From a virus (taxonomy: Duplodnaviria; Caudoviricetes), in IMG/VR virus record IMGVR_UViG_3300037424_002430, positions 1-35,379 of that record: DNA of 35,379 nucleotides, one strand, 5' to 3'. This document shows, in pieces, positions 9,009 through 16,731 of this stretch. The position numbers and the translations under genes were made by a program. How positions within the stretch are numbered: the stretch's first letter is position 1; every line of letters starts with the position of its first letter. The notes under the pieces were generated by a model. That model saw nothing but the letters and a program-made list of their open reading frames with translations. It did not search any database and had not been told where the DNA came from.

Positions 9009-9386
9009 TCATCGGATCTCGCCGTTCGCTACAAACCCGTGCCAACAGCCCGCCTTCGACGCATCCACGCTCGGCATCAGCGTCAGGTCGTCGAAGCTCT
9101 CGCCCGTGCGCGTCCACAGGTGACCCGGCGGGACGACCTCCGTCCCGGGCTGCAGCACCGCGCCGACGTACCGACCGTCGACCCGCGGCCCGTACAGCAC
9201 ATCCCAGAGCTGCGAAATCGGGCGCCGCTCGTGCGTGCCGATGTCCCACGCCGGACCGCCATCGAGCGGATTGGCGAAGGCGACGCAGAGGTACGCGCGC
9301 CGGCAGTGCGGGCACAGGAACACGATCCCCTGCCCGCGCCGCCCGGGCGTCGCCCAGAACTTCGGGTCGAGGTCGCCGAGCCTCAC
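9009..9386 (-). CDS. DUF6527-like Zn-binding protein
   Basis: 'FLCPHC...WTRTGESFDDLTLMPSV...CWHGFVANGEI' matches the CPxC...W..G...TLxPS...CxH pattern as recalled. Confidence 0.65.
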   Translation of the reverse strand: MRLGDLDPKFWATPGRRGQGIVFLCPHCRRAYLCVAFANPLDGGPAWDIGTHERRPISQLWDVLYGPRVDGRYVGAVLQPGTEVVPPGHLWTRTGESFDDLTLMPSVDASKAGCWHGFVANGEIR

Positions 9387-9398
9387 GGCGCGGCGCGC

Positions 9399-9686
9399 TC
9401 AGATCGGCTCGGGGAAGTGCCACGTTCCCGGCGCGCCGTTCGCGTCGTAGCTGATCGACGTGCGCCAGGCCATCAGCGCGCCCGGGTCGTGCTTCAGCCC
9501 CGTGTTGCTGCCGTCGGGGAAGATGGTCGCGTTGATGTAGCCGCGCTCCCGGTCCCAGACCTTGACGATGACACCTGCGACGTGGTCTCGCGGCGAGCCC
9601 TCGCACGGCCTGCGGTGGTCCTCGAGCTCCTCGTCCCGCGGGACGTAGTGGATGATGCGCCCTTCGGTGACGCCTGCTGGGGCCAT
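9399..9686 (-). CDS. Conserved phage hypothetical protein (GRIxHY...TWHxP type, 95 aa)
   Basis: GAGGGAG RBS; 'GRIIHY...AGVIVKVW...INATIFPDG...TS...GTWHFPE'. Confidence 0.75.
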   Translation of the reverse strand: MAPAGVTEGRIIHYVPRDEELEDHRRPCEGSPRDHVAGVIVKVWDRERGYINATIFPDGSNTGLKHDPGALMAWRTSISYDANGAPGTWHFPEPI

Positions 9687-9692
9687 GTGGCT

Positions 9693-9736
9693 GTCTCCCT
9701 CGAACGTGAACGCTGAGTTCGGCAGAAGCGGGAGAC
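9693..9736 (-). promoter_or_regulatory. Structured 5' leader whose outer stem sequesters the RBS of the 95-aa gene
   Basis: GTCTCCC/GGGAGAC (9693-9699 with 9730-9736) and inner CGAAC/GTTCG (9701-9705 with 9717-9721) are perfect complements. Confidence 0.45.
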
Positions 9737-9768
9737 CGCCGTTGGCACGGATCCGGCGCGCAGGGCAA
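9736..9768 (-). promoter_or_regulatory. Repeated late-promoter-like element, copy B (TTGCCC-N15-TGCCAACGGCGG)
   Basis: Identical 15-bp core, intergenic, upstream of the 95-aa gene. Confidence 0.6.
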
Positions 9769-9783
9769 GTGTGCGGAGAGCCG

Positions 9784-10011
9784 CTACAGCGGCTCGAACT
9801 GGATGCCGTGGTCGCCAGCGTACGGCTTGCGGTGCTCGACCTCGCCGGTCGCGATCGCGTCCGGGATACCGTCCGGGAACGCGGCGCACGCGACCAGTTG
9901 CTCGCCCTCGCCGGCGAGGACCTCGCCCTTCCCGGGCGCCGCCGGCACGTCCACTGGGCCGCGCAGGTGCCGGCAGCGGGCGCAGAGGTCGGCGACGAGA
10001 GGTGCGCTCAT
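9784..10011 (-). CDS. Putative immunity protein for the MuF toxin (CxxCxH...CxAFPxGIP type, 75 aa)
   Basis: ATGA-coupled to MuF stop; 'CARCRH...CAAFPDGIPDAI..G...H..PYAGDHGIQFE'. Confidence 0.65.
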   Translation of the reverse strand: MSAPLVADLCARCRHLRGPVDVPAAPGKGEVLAGEGEQLVACAAFPDGIPDAIATGEVEHRKPYAGDHGIQFEPL

Positions 10012-11450
10012 GGGCTACCCAGCGCGTCGAGTATGAAGCGCTCGATCCCTGCCGGCAACGTCCCGCGCACGTAGGCCGGGCTCGCGACGACGCTCACGAG
10101 CTCGGCGAAGGTCTCGGCGTCCTTCGTCGCGGCATACTCGGAGACGTTCTTCTGGATCCAGGCGCGCGAGCCCTGCGCGCCGGCGACTTGGCGGATCTCC
10201 TTCATCAGGCGGGGGAGATCCGGCTTCGTCTTGTAGTCGACGAGATGCCCGAGCTCGTGGCGCACGTTCGCCTCGACGCTGTTGCCGCCGACGGTCCAAC
10301 GCATCCCGCGCTGTGCCTCGTAATCGGCCATCCGTTTCGCGTACCCGTCCTCGGTGAGGGGGCCGAACGACACGTGGTAGGGCGTAACCCGCTCGCCTGT
10401 GCTGACGTTCATGCGGTAGCTCGCCATGCCCTGCGACTTCGACGGGCCGGCCAGGAAGCGCACGTCTCCTCCCTGTAGCCCCTTCTCCATGACGGGGAAG
10501 CGGTTCGCGAGATCCGTCACCGTCTCACCCACGCGGTTCAGGTACGAGAGACGGTCCACCTTCGTGAGCGCCCTGCCCTCGACGGAGGTTCTTGAGAGCA
10601 CGAACGCCTTCCGGCCGAACGAGGCCGCGGCCTTGTAGGCGTCACCTTCGAGTGCGATGGGGCCGAGCTGCTCGATCTGGCGCGTCGCGCTCTTGATGCT
10701 GGGGGCTGGGGTCCAGGTGGGCTTCGCTGGCGGCGCGATCGGCGCCGGTGCGGGCGTGACCGCCGGCAGGTAGCCGCCGCCCTTCGCCTTGCGGCGCGCC
10801 TCCTGCGCGAGCCGCGGCGGGTACTTCGAGTACTCCGGCTGCCACTCGCCCTCGCCTGGCGCGGCGCCGAAGCCCTCGGCCGCGTCGCCGGCGGGCGGCG
10901 AGGAGATCCCCTGCTGCTGCGCTTGCTCGCGCGAGAGCGAGGTGAGCGTCGACCGGCACTCATGGTGAAGCGGCGGCACGTGCGCCTTCCACCACGGGTC
11001 GTCCGCCGGCAGGATCGTGTTCGCGAGCGGCTGGCAGACCTGCGACGTGCGCAGGTCGAGGATCACCGAGAGCTTCAGGTAGGGCCGCGTCCGGACGACG
11101 TCCGGATCCTGCATCTGGTACCAGCGCCCGCGGTTGTACGAGGTCTGCACCCCATTGCGGAAGATCGTCTCGACGTGCCCAGGGTTCGGCTTCCCCCAGA
11201 CCTCGGTGAGTCGGTCGGAGACGGTCTTCTTGAAGGCGTCGAACGAGGTGCCCTTCGCGAGCGCCTCGTCGATTGCCTCCCACACGTCCGTGACGACCTG
11301 GAGCTGGCCGACATGCGCGATGGTGAACGCCCGCGCGTGTGACGCGTCCTCAAGCGCCTTGAACTGCACGTCGGTCATCGGCAGGCGGCAACGAAAAAAA
11401 TCGACGGCCTCGGAGAAGGCGGCCGGGTCTGCTGGGGGCCTCGCCGGCAT
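10008..11450 (-). CDS. muF: MuF-family minor head protein with C-terminal zincin metallopeptidase toxin domain (480 aa)
   Basis: N-term 'HARAFTIAHV...ETIFRNGVQTSYNRGR...RPY...ILDLRT...DDPWW...PPLHHECRS'; Pro/Ala linker; C-term HELGH (10259-10245) and 'VSEYAATKDAETFAE'; ATG overlaps upstream TGA. Confidence 0.85.
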   Translation of the reverse strand: MPARPPADPAAFSEAVDFFRCRLPMTDVQFKALEDASHARAFTIAHVGQLQVVTDVWEAIDEALAKGTSFDAFKKTVSDRLTEVWGKPNPGHVETIFRNGVQTSYNRGRWYQMQDPDVVRTRPYLKLSVILDLRTSQVCQPLANTILPADDPWWKAHVPPLHHECRSTLTSLSREQAQQQGISSPPAGDAAEGFGAAPGEGEWQPEYSKYPPRLAQEARRKAKGGGYLPAVTPAPAPIAPPAKPTWTPAPSIKSATRQIEQLGPIALEGDAYKAAASFGRKAFVLSRTSVEGRALTKVDRLSYLNRVGETVTDLANRFPVMEKGLQGGDVRFLAGPSKSQGMASYRMNVSTGERVTPYHVSFGPLTEDGYAKRMADYEAQRGMRWTVGGNSVEANVRHELGHLVDYKTKPDLPRLMKEIRQVAGAQGSRAWIQKNVSEYAATKDAETFAELVSVVASPAYVRGTLPAGIERFILDALGSP

Positions 11451-11911
11451 CAGGCCTCCGCGCGGCGCCAGCCGCGATAGCTGTCGATCTGCCCGCTCAT
11501 GAGCAGGCTCAGCCGGCCTTTGCTGGGGTTCCTCGCCGCTGCGAATGCGGCGAGGTTCACGACGTCGAGGCGCTCGCCGCCGGGCGTGAGAAGCGCCCAC
11601 GCGCGCGTCGCCCTGGCGCGCGAGATCGCGGCGCGGTGCTCGGCCGTCGCCTTTCGGCCGCGGCGGACCTCGCTTAGGCGCGCCTCGTCGTCGACGCGTT
11701 CCAGGACCTCGAACGAGAAAGCCGCCTCGCCATCCGCATCAAACGCGCGCTGTAGCTCCGGGACCCGGTGTCGGTGCGTGCGGAGGTGCCCAAAGTGCGT
11801 GTTCCTGCGGTTTCGCAGGCGAACGGTGCTGCCGACATAGATGCGGCCCGAGGGCAGGTGACGAAGCACGTACACGCCGCCGGCGTTGGGAAGATTGGAC
11901 ACGCGACGCAT
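11450..11911 (-). CDS. GIY-YIG homing endonuclease with NUMOD3-like tail, probably internally deleted
   Basis: 'GVYVLRHLPSGRIYVGST...R...H...L...LQRAF...G...FSFEVLE' followed directly by 'RLSEVRRGRKATAEHRAAIS'; usual REQ..ID...YN segment absent. Confidence 0.75.
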   Translation of the reverse strand: MRRVSNLPNAGGVYVLRHLPSGRIYVGSTVRLRNRRNTHFGHLRTHRHRVPELQRAFDADGEAAFSFEVLERVDDEARLSEVRRGRKATAEHRAAISRARATRAWALLTPGGERLDVVNLAAFAAARNPSKGRLSLLMSGQIDSYRGWRRAEA

Positions 11912-11952
11912 AGACGGATTGTACGCGTCGCCTATGACGACCGAGCCGAGCA

Positions 11953-13755
11953 CTACATGTCCTCGCGGGCGGAGAGCTGCCCGTTCAGCTCGGCGAGGAT
12001 GAGCGCGTTGCGGATGACCCCCTGGAGCTCCTCGGGGTCCATGTCGCCGTACGCGGCAACGAGCCTGTCCCGGAGGTCCTCCCATCCGGTGGCGGCCCGC
12101 ACGACCGCGAGCAGCCCGTCGACGTCGAGGCGGAGGACCTCCGCGCCCTCCGCGCCGTGCTGGTCCACGACCTTGTCGTTGAAGAGCTGCCCCGCGATCG
12201 CGCCGGGCGGGAGGCCCGCGGCCGCGACCATCGCGGCGAGCGCCTGCGCCGCCGCGCCGCTCCGCGCCCTCTGCCCGGGCGGCGCCCCGGCCGAGCTCGA
12301 GCCCCCCTCGGTCGTCGTGGACCCGGTCGGCCTATCGCCGCCCGCCCGCGGTGGCAGGCGCAGCCGCTTCCGGACCTCGTTCTCCGTCGGAATCCCGTGC
12401 TCGAGGTGGTACTGGAGGATCTGCGGGGCCCCGAGTTGCTCACGCCCCTCGTCGGTGAGGTCGCGGAGCGGAATCCCGATCCTCTCGGCGATCTTCACGC
12501 CGTCCACGGGCACGGCCGCATCCCCGAGCTTCTTCAGCGCGTCGCCGACCTTGTCGAGGGTCTCGGCGTATGACTTCAAGTCCTCGGGCGGCTCGGTGTC
12601 CCAGCTCGGCCACGGCGCTAGCTCGGGCGCGGCAAAGTTGAATTCCGCCCACGGCACCACCACTTGGTCGTGCACGCACGTCGCAAGGCCCGCCGCGTCG
12701 AACCGGAGCTTCTCCTGGTCGACCTGGCGATGGGCGCTCGTCGCGGCGAGGCTCCCGCCCTTCACCTCGGTCGTGAGGTTCGTCCCCTTCACGCGGATGG
12801 CGATGTCCGTGTCCACTGAGGTCTTCAGCTTCTCGAAGACCTGGTGCGAGTCGGCCGCGGCCTCGAGCAACTCGACGTCGAAGCCTGGTTTCTTCTCGGC
12901 CCCGTTCTCCGTCCCGCGCTCGAGCAGGATCGCCGACCGGCGAACGAGCAGCGCGACGTCGCGCAGGAACTTCCGCTTGTCCTCCTTCTTCGTGCCGTTC
13001 GGGACGAAGGCCTTCTTCGATGGCGTGCCGTGAGCCTCGGAGTGCGCGGACCAGTCGCGGAGGGCCCACTGCCGGAAGAGCCAGAGGCACGCCAGCGAAC
13101 GAACGAGTGACCTCATCCACCCGCGGCGCCACCCGTAGGGCGTGTAGACGATCCAGCCGTTCCGCTCCTCGGCGCCGTCCGGCGTGCGCGCGACGATGCC
13201 GCGCTCGTCCCGGCGGATGAGCCACTCGCCCTGCTGCGTCGTGAAGAGGTAGCCGTCGTCGACTGACGACCACCGCACGTTCCGCGGGTGGAACACGTCG
13301 ATGCGGGGCTCCCAGGTCTCACCCGTCGTGTCCCAGCGGATCCGCGCGACGCCCATGTTCAGCATGAGCCCCCAGCGGCGGAGGTCCGAGGCTGCGTCCT
13401 CCGGGATCCACGCTGTCCAGGCCCGCGCGGCGGCTTCCGCGAGCTCCTTCGCGCGCGCATTCTCCTCGTCGCCCTCGGGCGGGTCGAAGTGCATGTCGAG
13501 GCCGTGCAGGGCCTCGATGCGGGTCTCGACGACGCCCGGAATCCGGTCGTCCCGCCACATGGCGTCCACGAGATCGGCCGCGGCCTGGAACTTCCCCTGC
13601 TCGAGCTCGCCGAGCGCCGTCTTCACCGCCCCGAGGTTCAGGTAGTCGGAGGTGGTGACCGGCGGGATCTCGGCGACGAGGACGCTAGGGAGGCGATCGC
13701 GCGATCGCGTCATCGCGGTTCCGGGGCGAGCGTTCTTCGTGCGCTTGGTGGGCAT
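11953..13755 (-). CDS. Portal protein (Mu gp29 / DUF935-like)
   Basis: 600 aa right after TerL; 'RSLACLWLFRQWALRDWSAHSEAHGTP...GTNLTT...GSLAA', C-term 'GWEDLRDRLVAAYGDMDPEEL...ALILAELNG'. Confidence 0.9.
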   Translation of the reverse strand: MPTKRTKNARPGTAMTRSRDRLPSVLVAEIPPVTTSDYLNLGAVKTALGELEQGKFQAAADLVDAMWRDDRIPGVVETRIEALHGLDMHFDPPEGDEENARAKELAEAAARAWTAWIPEDAASDLRRWGLMLNMGVARIRWDTTGETWEPRIDVFHPRNVRWSSVDDGYLFTTQQGEWLIRRDERGIVARTPDGAEERNGWIVYTPYGWRRGWMRSLVRSLACLWLFRQWALRDWSAHSEAHGTPSKKAFVPNGTKKEDKRKFLRDVALLVRRSAILLERGTENGAEKKPGFDVELLEAAADSHQVFEKLKTSVDTDIAIRVKGTNLTTEVKGGSLAATSAHRQVDQEKLRFDAAGLATCVHDQVVVPWAEFNFAAPELAPWPSWDTEPPEDLKSYAETLDKVGDALKKLGDAAVPVDGVKIAERIGIPLRDLTDEGREQLGAPQILQYHLEHGIPTENEVRKRLRLPPRAGGDRPTGSTTTEGGSSSAGAPPGQRARSGAAAQALAAMVAAAGLPPGAIAGQLFNDKVVDQHGAEGAEVLRLDVDGLLAVVRAATGWEDLRDRLVAAYGDMDPEELQGVIRNALILAELNGQLSAREDM

Positions 13756-13756
13756 C

Positions 13757-15379
13757 TCAGATCCTCCGGGCGCCGGCGGCGTCGCCGAGCTCGTCGTCCA
13801 GGTCGTCGAAGTCGTCGCCGGCCGGCGAGCTCATCTGGGCGACGCGGGACTGGGGGAAGTCCTGCTCGGGCAGCTCGTCGTGCTGGGGCGTGGCCGCACG
13901 CGTCTTCACCCGCAAGAGGAACTGGCTCTGCTGGTCCACCGCGTCGTCATTCGAGGCCTTCGGGAAGCCAGCGTGCTCCTCGATGTAGTCGTCGCGCCAC
14001 TTCGCGTGGAGCGGGAGGAACACGTTCCCCGCCTCTACCTCCGGGCTCGTCGCGGCCGCGCGCGCTTCCTTCCCGCCTTCGGGGTCGACGGGGATGATCC
14101 GGGCGACCTCGTTGTGCAGCACGTCGATGACCGCCGGCCCGTTGGCCTTGTCCTCGACGAGGATCTCCCGGTAGGTCGGGAACCGCTCTGCCTGCGCGCG
14201 CACCTCGCGCACGGTCCCGGTGAACGCGGCGCGGTCCCAGAACAGGTCGAGCAGGTACTTGTTCGCGCCGAGCTCGCCCCACGCGCCGCCCGCGACCCGG
14301 TCGGAGTCGTTCGTCTTCTTGAACGCGCAGTCCCACGAGAGCGTGATGGCGTCGAACGCGTCCGGTAGGACTACGGTGCGATCCTCGAGCGCCGGGATCG
14401 GGTCCTCGTGGGCGTGTCGCCAGAACCGCCACCACGAGCGCTTGAAGAGGCCGCCCTCGGCGGGCATCGGCCGCTGCTGGTACTGGCCGGCGAATCGCGC
14501 GCTGCCGCCCTTCTTTTCCTCGTCGACGACGTGCCGCGGGAAACGCTCGGGGAAGAGCAGCTCGCCCTCCTTGGTGCGTGGGTCCTGCCAGCCGGTGGCC
14601 TCGACCATGCACCGCGCCTTCGGCTCGAACTCCATCGGCAGACGGAGGTGCGTCCAGCCGCCCTTGCGCAGCAGGTGGCCAGAGAGATCGTCATCGTGCA
14701 GGCGCTGCATGATGATCACGCGCGCGCCCGTCTGCGGGTCGTTCAGGCGGTTCGACATCGCGTGGTCCCACCAGAAGAGCACCGTGTCGCGCTCCACCTT
14801 CGAGTTCGCCGCCTTCGCGTCGATTGGATCGTCCACCACGATGACGTCTCCGCGGTGCCCGGTGGTGCCCGCGCTCGGCGACGTCGTCATCCGGAAGCCC
14901 GTCCGGCTGTTCGCGAAGTTCGACTTCGCGTTCTGGTCGTCCGAGAGGGCCCAGGCGCCCCGGACGAAGGCCTCCTGGTACCAGGGCGACCCGATGAGCG
15001 CGCGGCACTTCACGGCATCGCGCAGCGCGAGCGCGGAGGCGTAGGCACTGAACAGCCACCGTCGCTCCGGTCGCGTGATCCACTCCCAGGCCGGCCAGAA
15101 GACGCACGCGCCGAGGCTCTTCATCATGCCCGGCGGAACGTTGATGAGCAGGTCTCGGATCTGGCCGAGCGTCACGGCCTCTAGGTGCTCGCACATCGCG
15201 TCGAGCGCCCAGCCCCAGCGTAGACGCGTGGTCGGCTCGAGCTGCGCCCATGCCTGGCGGCCGAACTCGCCGAGGTGCCTACGCGCCTGCTCGGCTCTGA
15301 CCTCCGCCGACCTCGGGAGCGTCTGCCTCGGCGCCCTCGGCGGCGGAGAGCAGCGCCCCGAGCTGCTCGAGCTGAGCAT
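13757..15379 (-). CDS. terL: Terminase large subunit
   Basis: Walker A-like 'LLINVPPGMMKS', Walker B 'IVVDDP', 'IIMQRLHDDDL', nuclease 'SWDCAFK...EDKANG...FP...NDDAVD'; GGAGG 7 nt before ATG. Confidence 0.95.
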   Translation of the reverse strand: MLSSSSSGRCSPPPRAPRQTLPRSAEVRAEQARRHLGEFGRQAWAQLEPTTRLRWGWALDAMCEHLEAVTLGQIRDLLINVPPGMMKSLGACVFWPAWEWITRPERRWLFSAYASALALRDAVKCRALIGSPWYQEAFVRGAWALSDDQNAKSNFANSRTGFRMTTSPSAGTTGHRGDVIVVDDPIDAKAANSKVERDTVLFWWDHAMSNRLNDPQTGARVIIMQRLHDDDLSGHLLRKGGWTHLRLPMEFEPKARCMVEATGWQDPRTKEGELLFPERFPRHVVDEEKKGGSARFAGQYQQRPMPAEGGLFKRSWWRFWRHAHEDPIPALEDRTVVLPDAFDAITLSWDCAFKKTNDSDRVAGGAWGELGANKYLLDLFWDRAAFTGTVREVRAQAERFPTYREILVEDKANGPAVIDVLHNEVARIIPVDPEGGKEARAAATSPEVEAGNVFLPLHAKWRDDYIEEHAGFPKASNDDAVDQQSQFLLRVKTRAATPQHDELPEQDFPQSRVAQMSSPAGDDFDDLDDELGDAAGARRI

Positions 15380-15890
15380 CGGATAGCCTCCCCAAGTCCA
15401 GCGTCGTCACCGGGCCACCGCTCGGGCCCGAGACCTCGACGATCTGTGTCGACCTCCCGCACGCGCGGTTCAGGAGTTCTTGCGCTGCATAGCGCCGCTC
15501 GCGAACCGATGGCTTTTGCACGTCCAATGTTCTCGGCTTGCCGCGCTCGAGCGCGGTGATCTTCAGGGCCTTCCCGTCCATCAGATCCGCGAGGAACTGC
15601 AGCGCGCGCTCGCCGTTCTTCCCGATGAGCTTCCGCGCCGCGAGCGCGACGCCGGGCGGCCGGCCCTTGGGGTTGCCGCTCTGCCCAGGGCGGAACCGGT
15701 GCTCCACCGGCGGGTATCCGGGACCGACGAGGGACTTCGCTGTTCCTTCCCTGCTCTCGGGAGCCTCAGCTGCCACGCCGGACGGGATCGCGGTCGCCGC
15801 GGCGATGTCGGCGGCGTCGGGGCGCTGCGCGCCTCGCCGGCGAGCGCCGGCGCCCTTGGACCGCGACGTCCGGCCTCGAGCGGCGCCCAT
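15279..15890 (-). CDS. terS: Terminase small subunit (DUF5681-type); probable leaderless ATG start, alternative GTG at 15776
   Basis: 'HRFRPGQSGNPKGRP...AAQELLNRACGR...EVSGPSGGP...LSDAQL'; directly upstream of TerL. Confidence 0.8.
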   Translation of the reverse strand: MGAARGRTSRSKGAGARRRGAQRPDAADIAAATAIPSGVAAEAPESREGTAKSLVGPGYPPVEHRFRPGQSGNPKGRPPGVALAARKLIGKNGERALQFLADLMDGKALKITALERGKPRTLDVQKPSVRERRYAAQELLNRACGRSTQIVEVSGPSGGPVTTLDLGRLSDAQLEQLGALLSAAEGAEADAPEVGGGQSRAGA

Positions 15891-16239
15891 CGGCCGCCGT
15901 TGGCACGGGAGGTGCCGGCGTGTCCAGTAGCGGCACGTCGCGCAGCGTCCGCGCCCGCTCGCGGCGGCCGCCTGGCCCGACGCCACGGAACGCCTCGTGC
16001 TCGGAGTCGAGCAACTCGCGGATGGCGAGCCCCTGCGGGCAGCGGTGGCAGTTCGGGTAGCTCGAGCTTTGGCCGCGCTCGGGATCGGCCCGGTTCGCCT
16101 GCGCCTCATCGACGCGCTGGCGCTGGATGCACGCACCCGCCCGCATGCCGCGGCACCCAGTCCGCTCGCACGTGAACGTCGCATCGAGCGCCTGCGGGAG
16201 GTCCCAGTGGGGCTGGTACGTGCGCCCGTCGCCGGTCAC
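15766..16239 (-). CDS. Cys-rich hypothetical protein (candidate Zn-finger late regulator)
   Basis: GTGA-coupled; 'FTCERTGC...CIQRQ...CHRCPQG'; C-terminal part low complexity and overlaps terS. Confidence 0.55.
   Translation of the reverse strand: MTGDGRTYQPHWDLPQALDATFTCERTGCRGMRAGACIQRQRVDEAQANRADPERGQSSSYPNCHRCPQGLAIRELLDSEHEAFRGVGPGGRRERARTLRDVPLLDTPAPPVPTAADGRRSRPDVAVQGRRRSPARRAAPRRRRHRRGDRDPVRRGS
15894..15926 (-). promoter_or_regulatory. Repeated late-promoter-like element, copy C (TGGACA-N15-TGCCAACGGCGG)
   Basis: Core 15-mer again, 18 bp identical to copy A; in-frame terS ATG begins 6 nt after CAACGG. Confidence 0.6.
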
Positions 16240-16358
16240 GAGGTCGGGGCGCTTGAGGGCGGCGGCGTCGCCTGGGCGGCAGGGCGGCGGCGATGCCAGT
16301 GGGGCTGGTGGATGCGCCGGTGGCGAGCCGCGCGGCGGCGGGCGAGGACGGGCGGCAT
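16236..16358 (-). CDS. Small basic protein (40 aa)
   Basis: GGAGG upstream of ATG 16358; stop overlaps next GTG. Confidence 0.4.
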   Translation of the reverse strand: MPPVLARRRAARHRRIHQPHWHRRRPAAQATPPPSSAPTS

Positions 16359-16407
16359 GGACGACTTTCCTCCACGGGCGCCGCGCCCCGTTCCAGCGGC
16401 AACCGTC

Positions 16408-16731
16408 TCAGAGTACAGGGGTTCTCCTTCTCGGGCTAATCCGCGAGCGGGCGTGCTCGGCGCGCGGCCCGGTAGAACTGCGGCGGCGGCGCGCATACCA
16501 GCGCAGCGGATGCACCTGGCCGGGCCCGTGGTCCCCCTCGGGCGGCCGCATCTCCTGGATGAGGCACGCGAGGTGCTGGCGCCGCCCAGTGTGCTTCCCG
16601 CGCGCCTGGACGCGCGCGGAGACCACCAGGTAGGAGCGCCCAGTCTTCGTGAGCAGGTAGTCCCCGACAGCGACGCGCACGGGCGAGTCGTAGTAGAGCC
16701 GCACGAGCGCGCCGGCGGGGGCGGCCATCAC
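16408..16731 (-). CDS. Hypothetical protein
   Basis: GTGA overlap, GC3-rich codons, globular-looking 107-aa product. Confidence 0.65.
   Translation of the reverse strand: MMAAPAGALVRLYYDSPVRVAVGDYLLTKTGRSYLVVSARVQARGKHTGRRQHLACLIQEMRPPEGDHGPGQVHPLRWYARRRRSSTGPRAEHARSRISPRRRTPVL

Noticed and set aside
9036-9046. Inverted partial copy (CCCGTGCCAAC) of the late motif
   Set aside because: Only 11 bp, explained by the coding motif CWHG, lacks the GGCGG end
7128-9716. 862-aa plus-strand ORF
   Set aside because: Antisense shadow of head genes caused by GC3 bias; Arg/Gly/Ala-rich with no motifs
11394-11400. T7 run near the muF start as a frameshift site
   Set aside because: The -1 frame closes within ~15 codons; the run encodes the expected 'DFFR' of MuF
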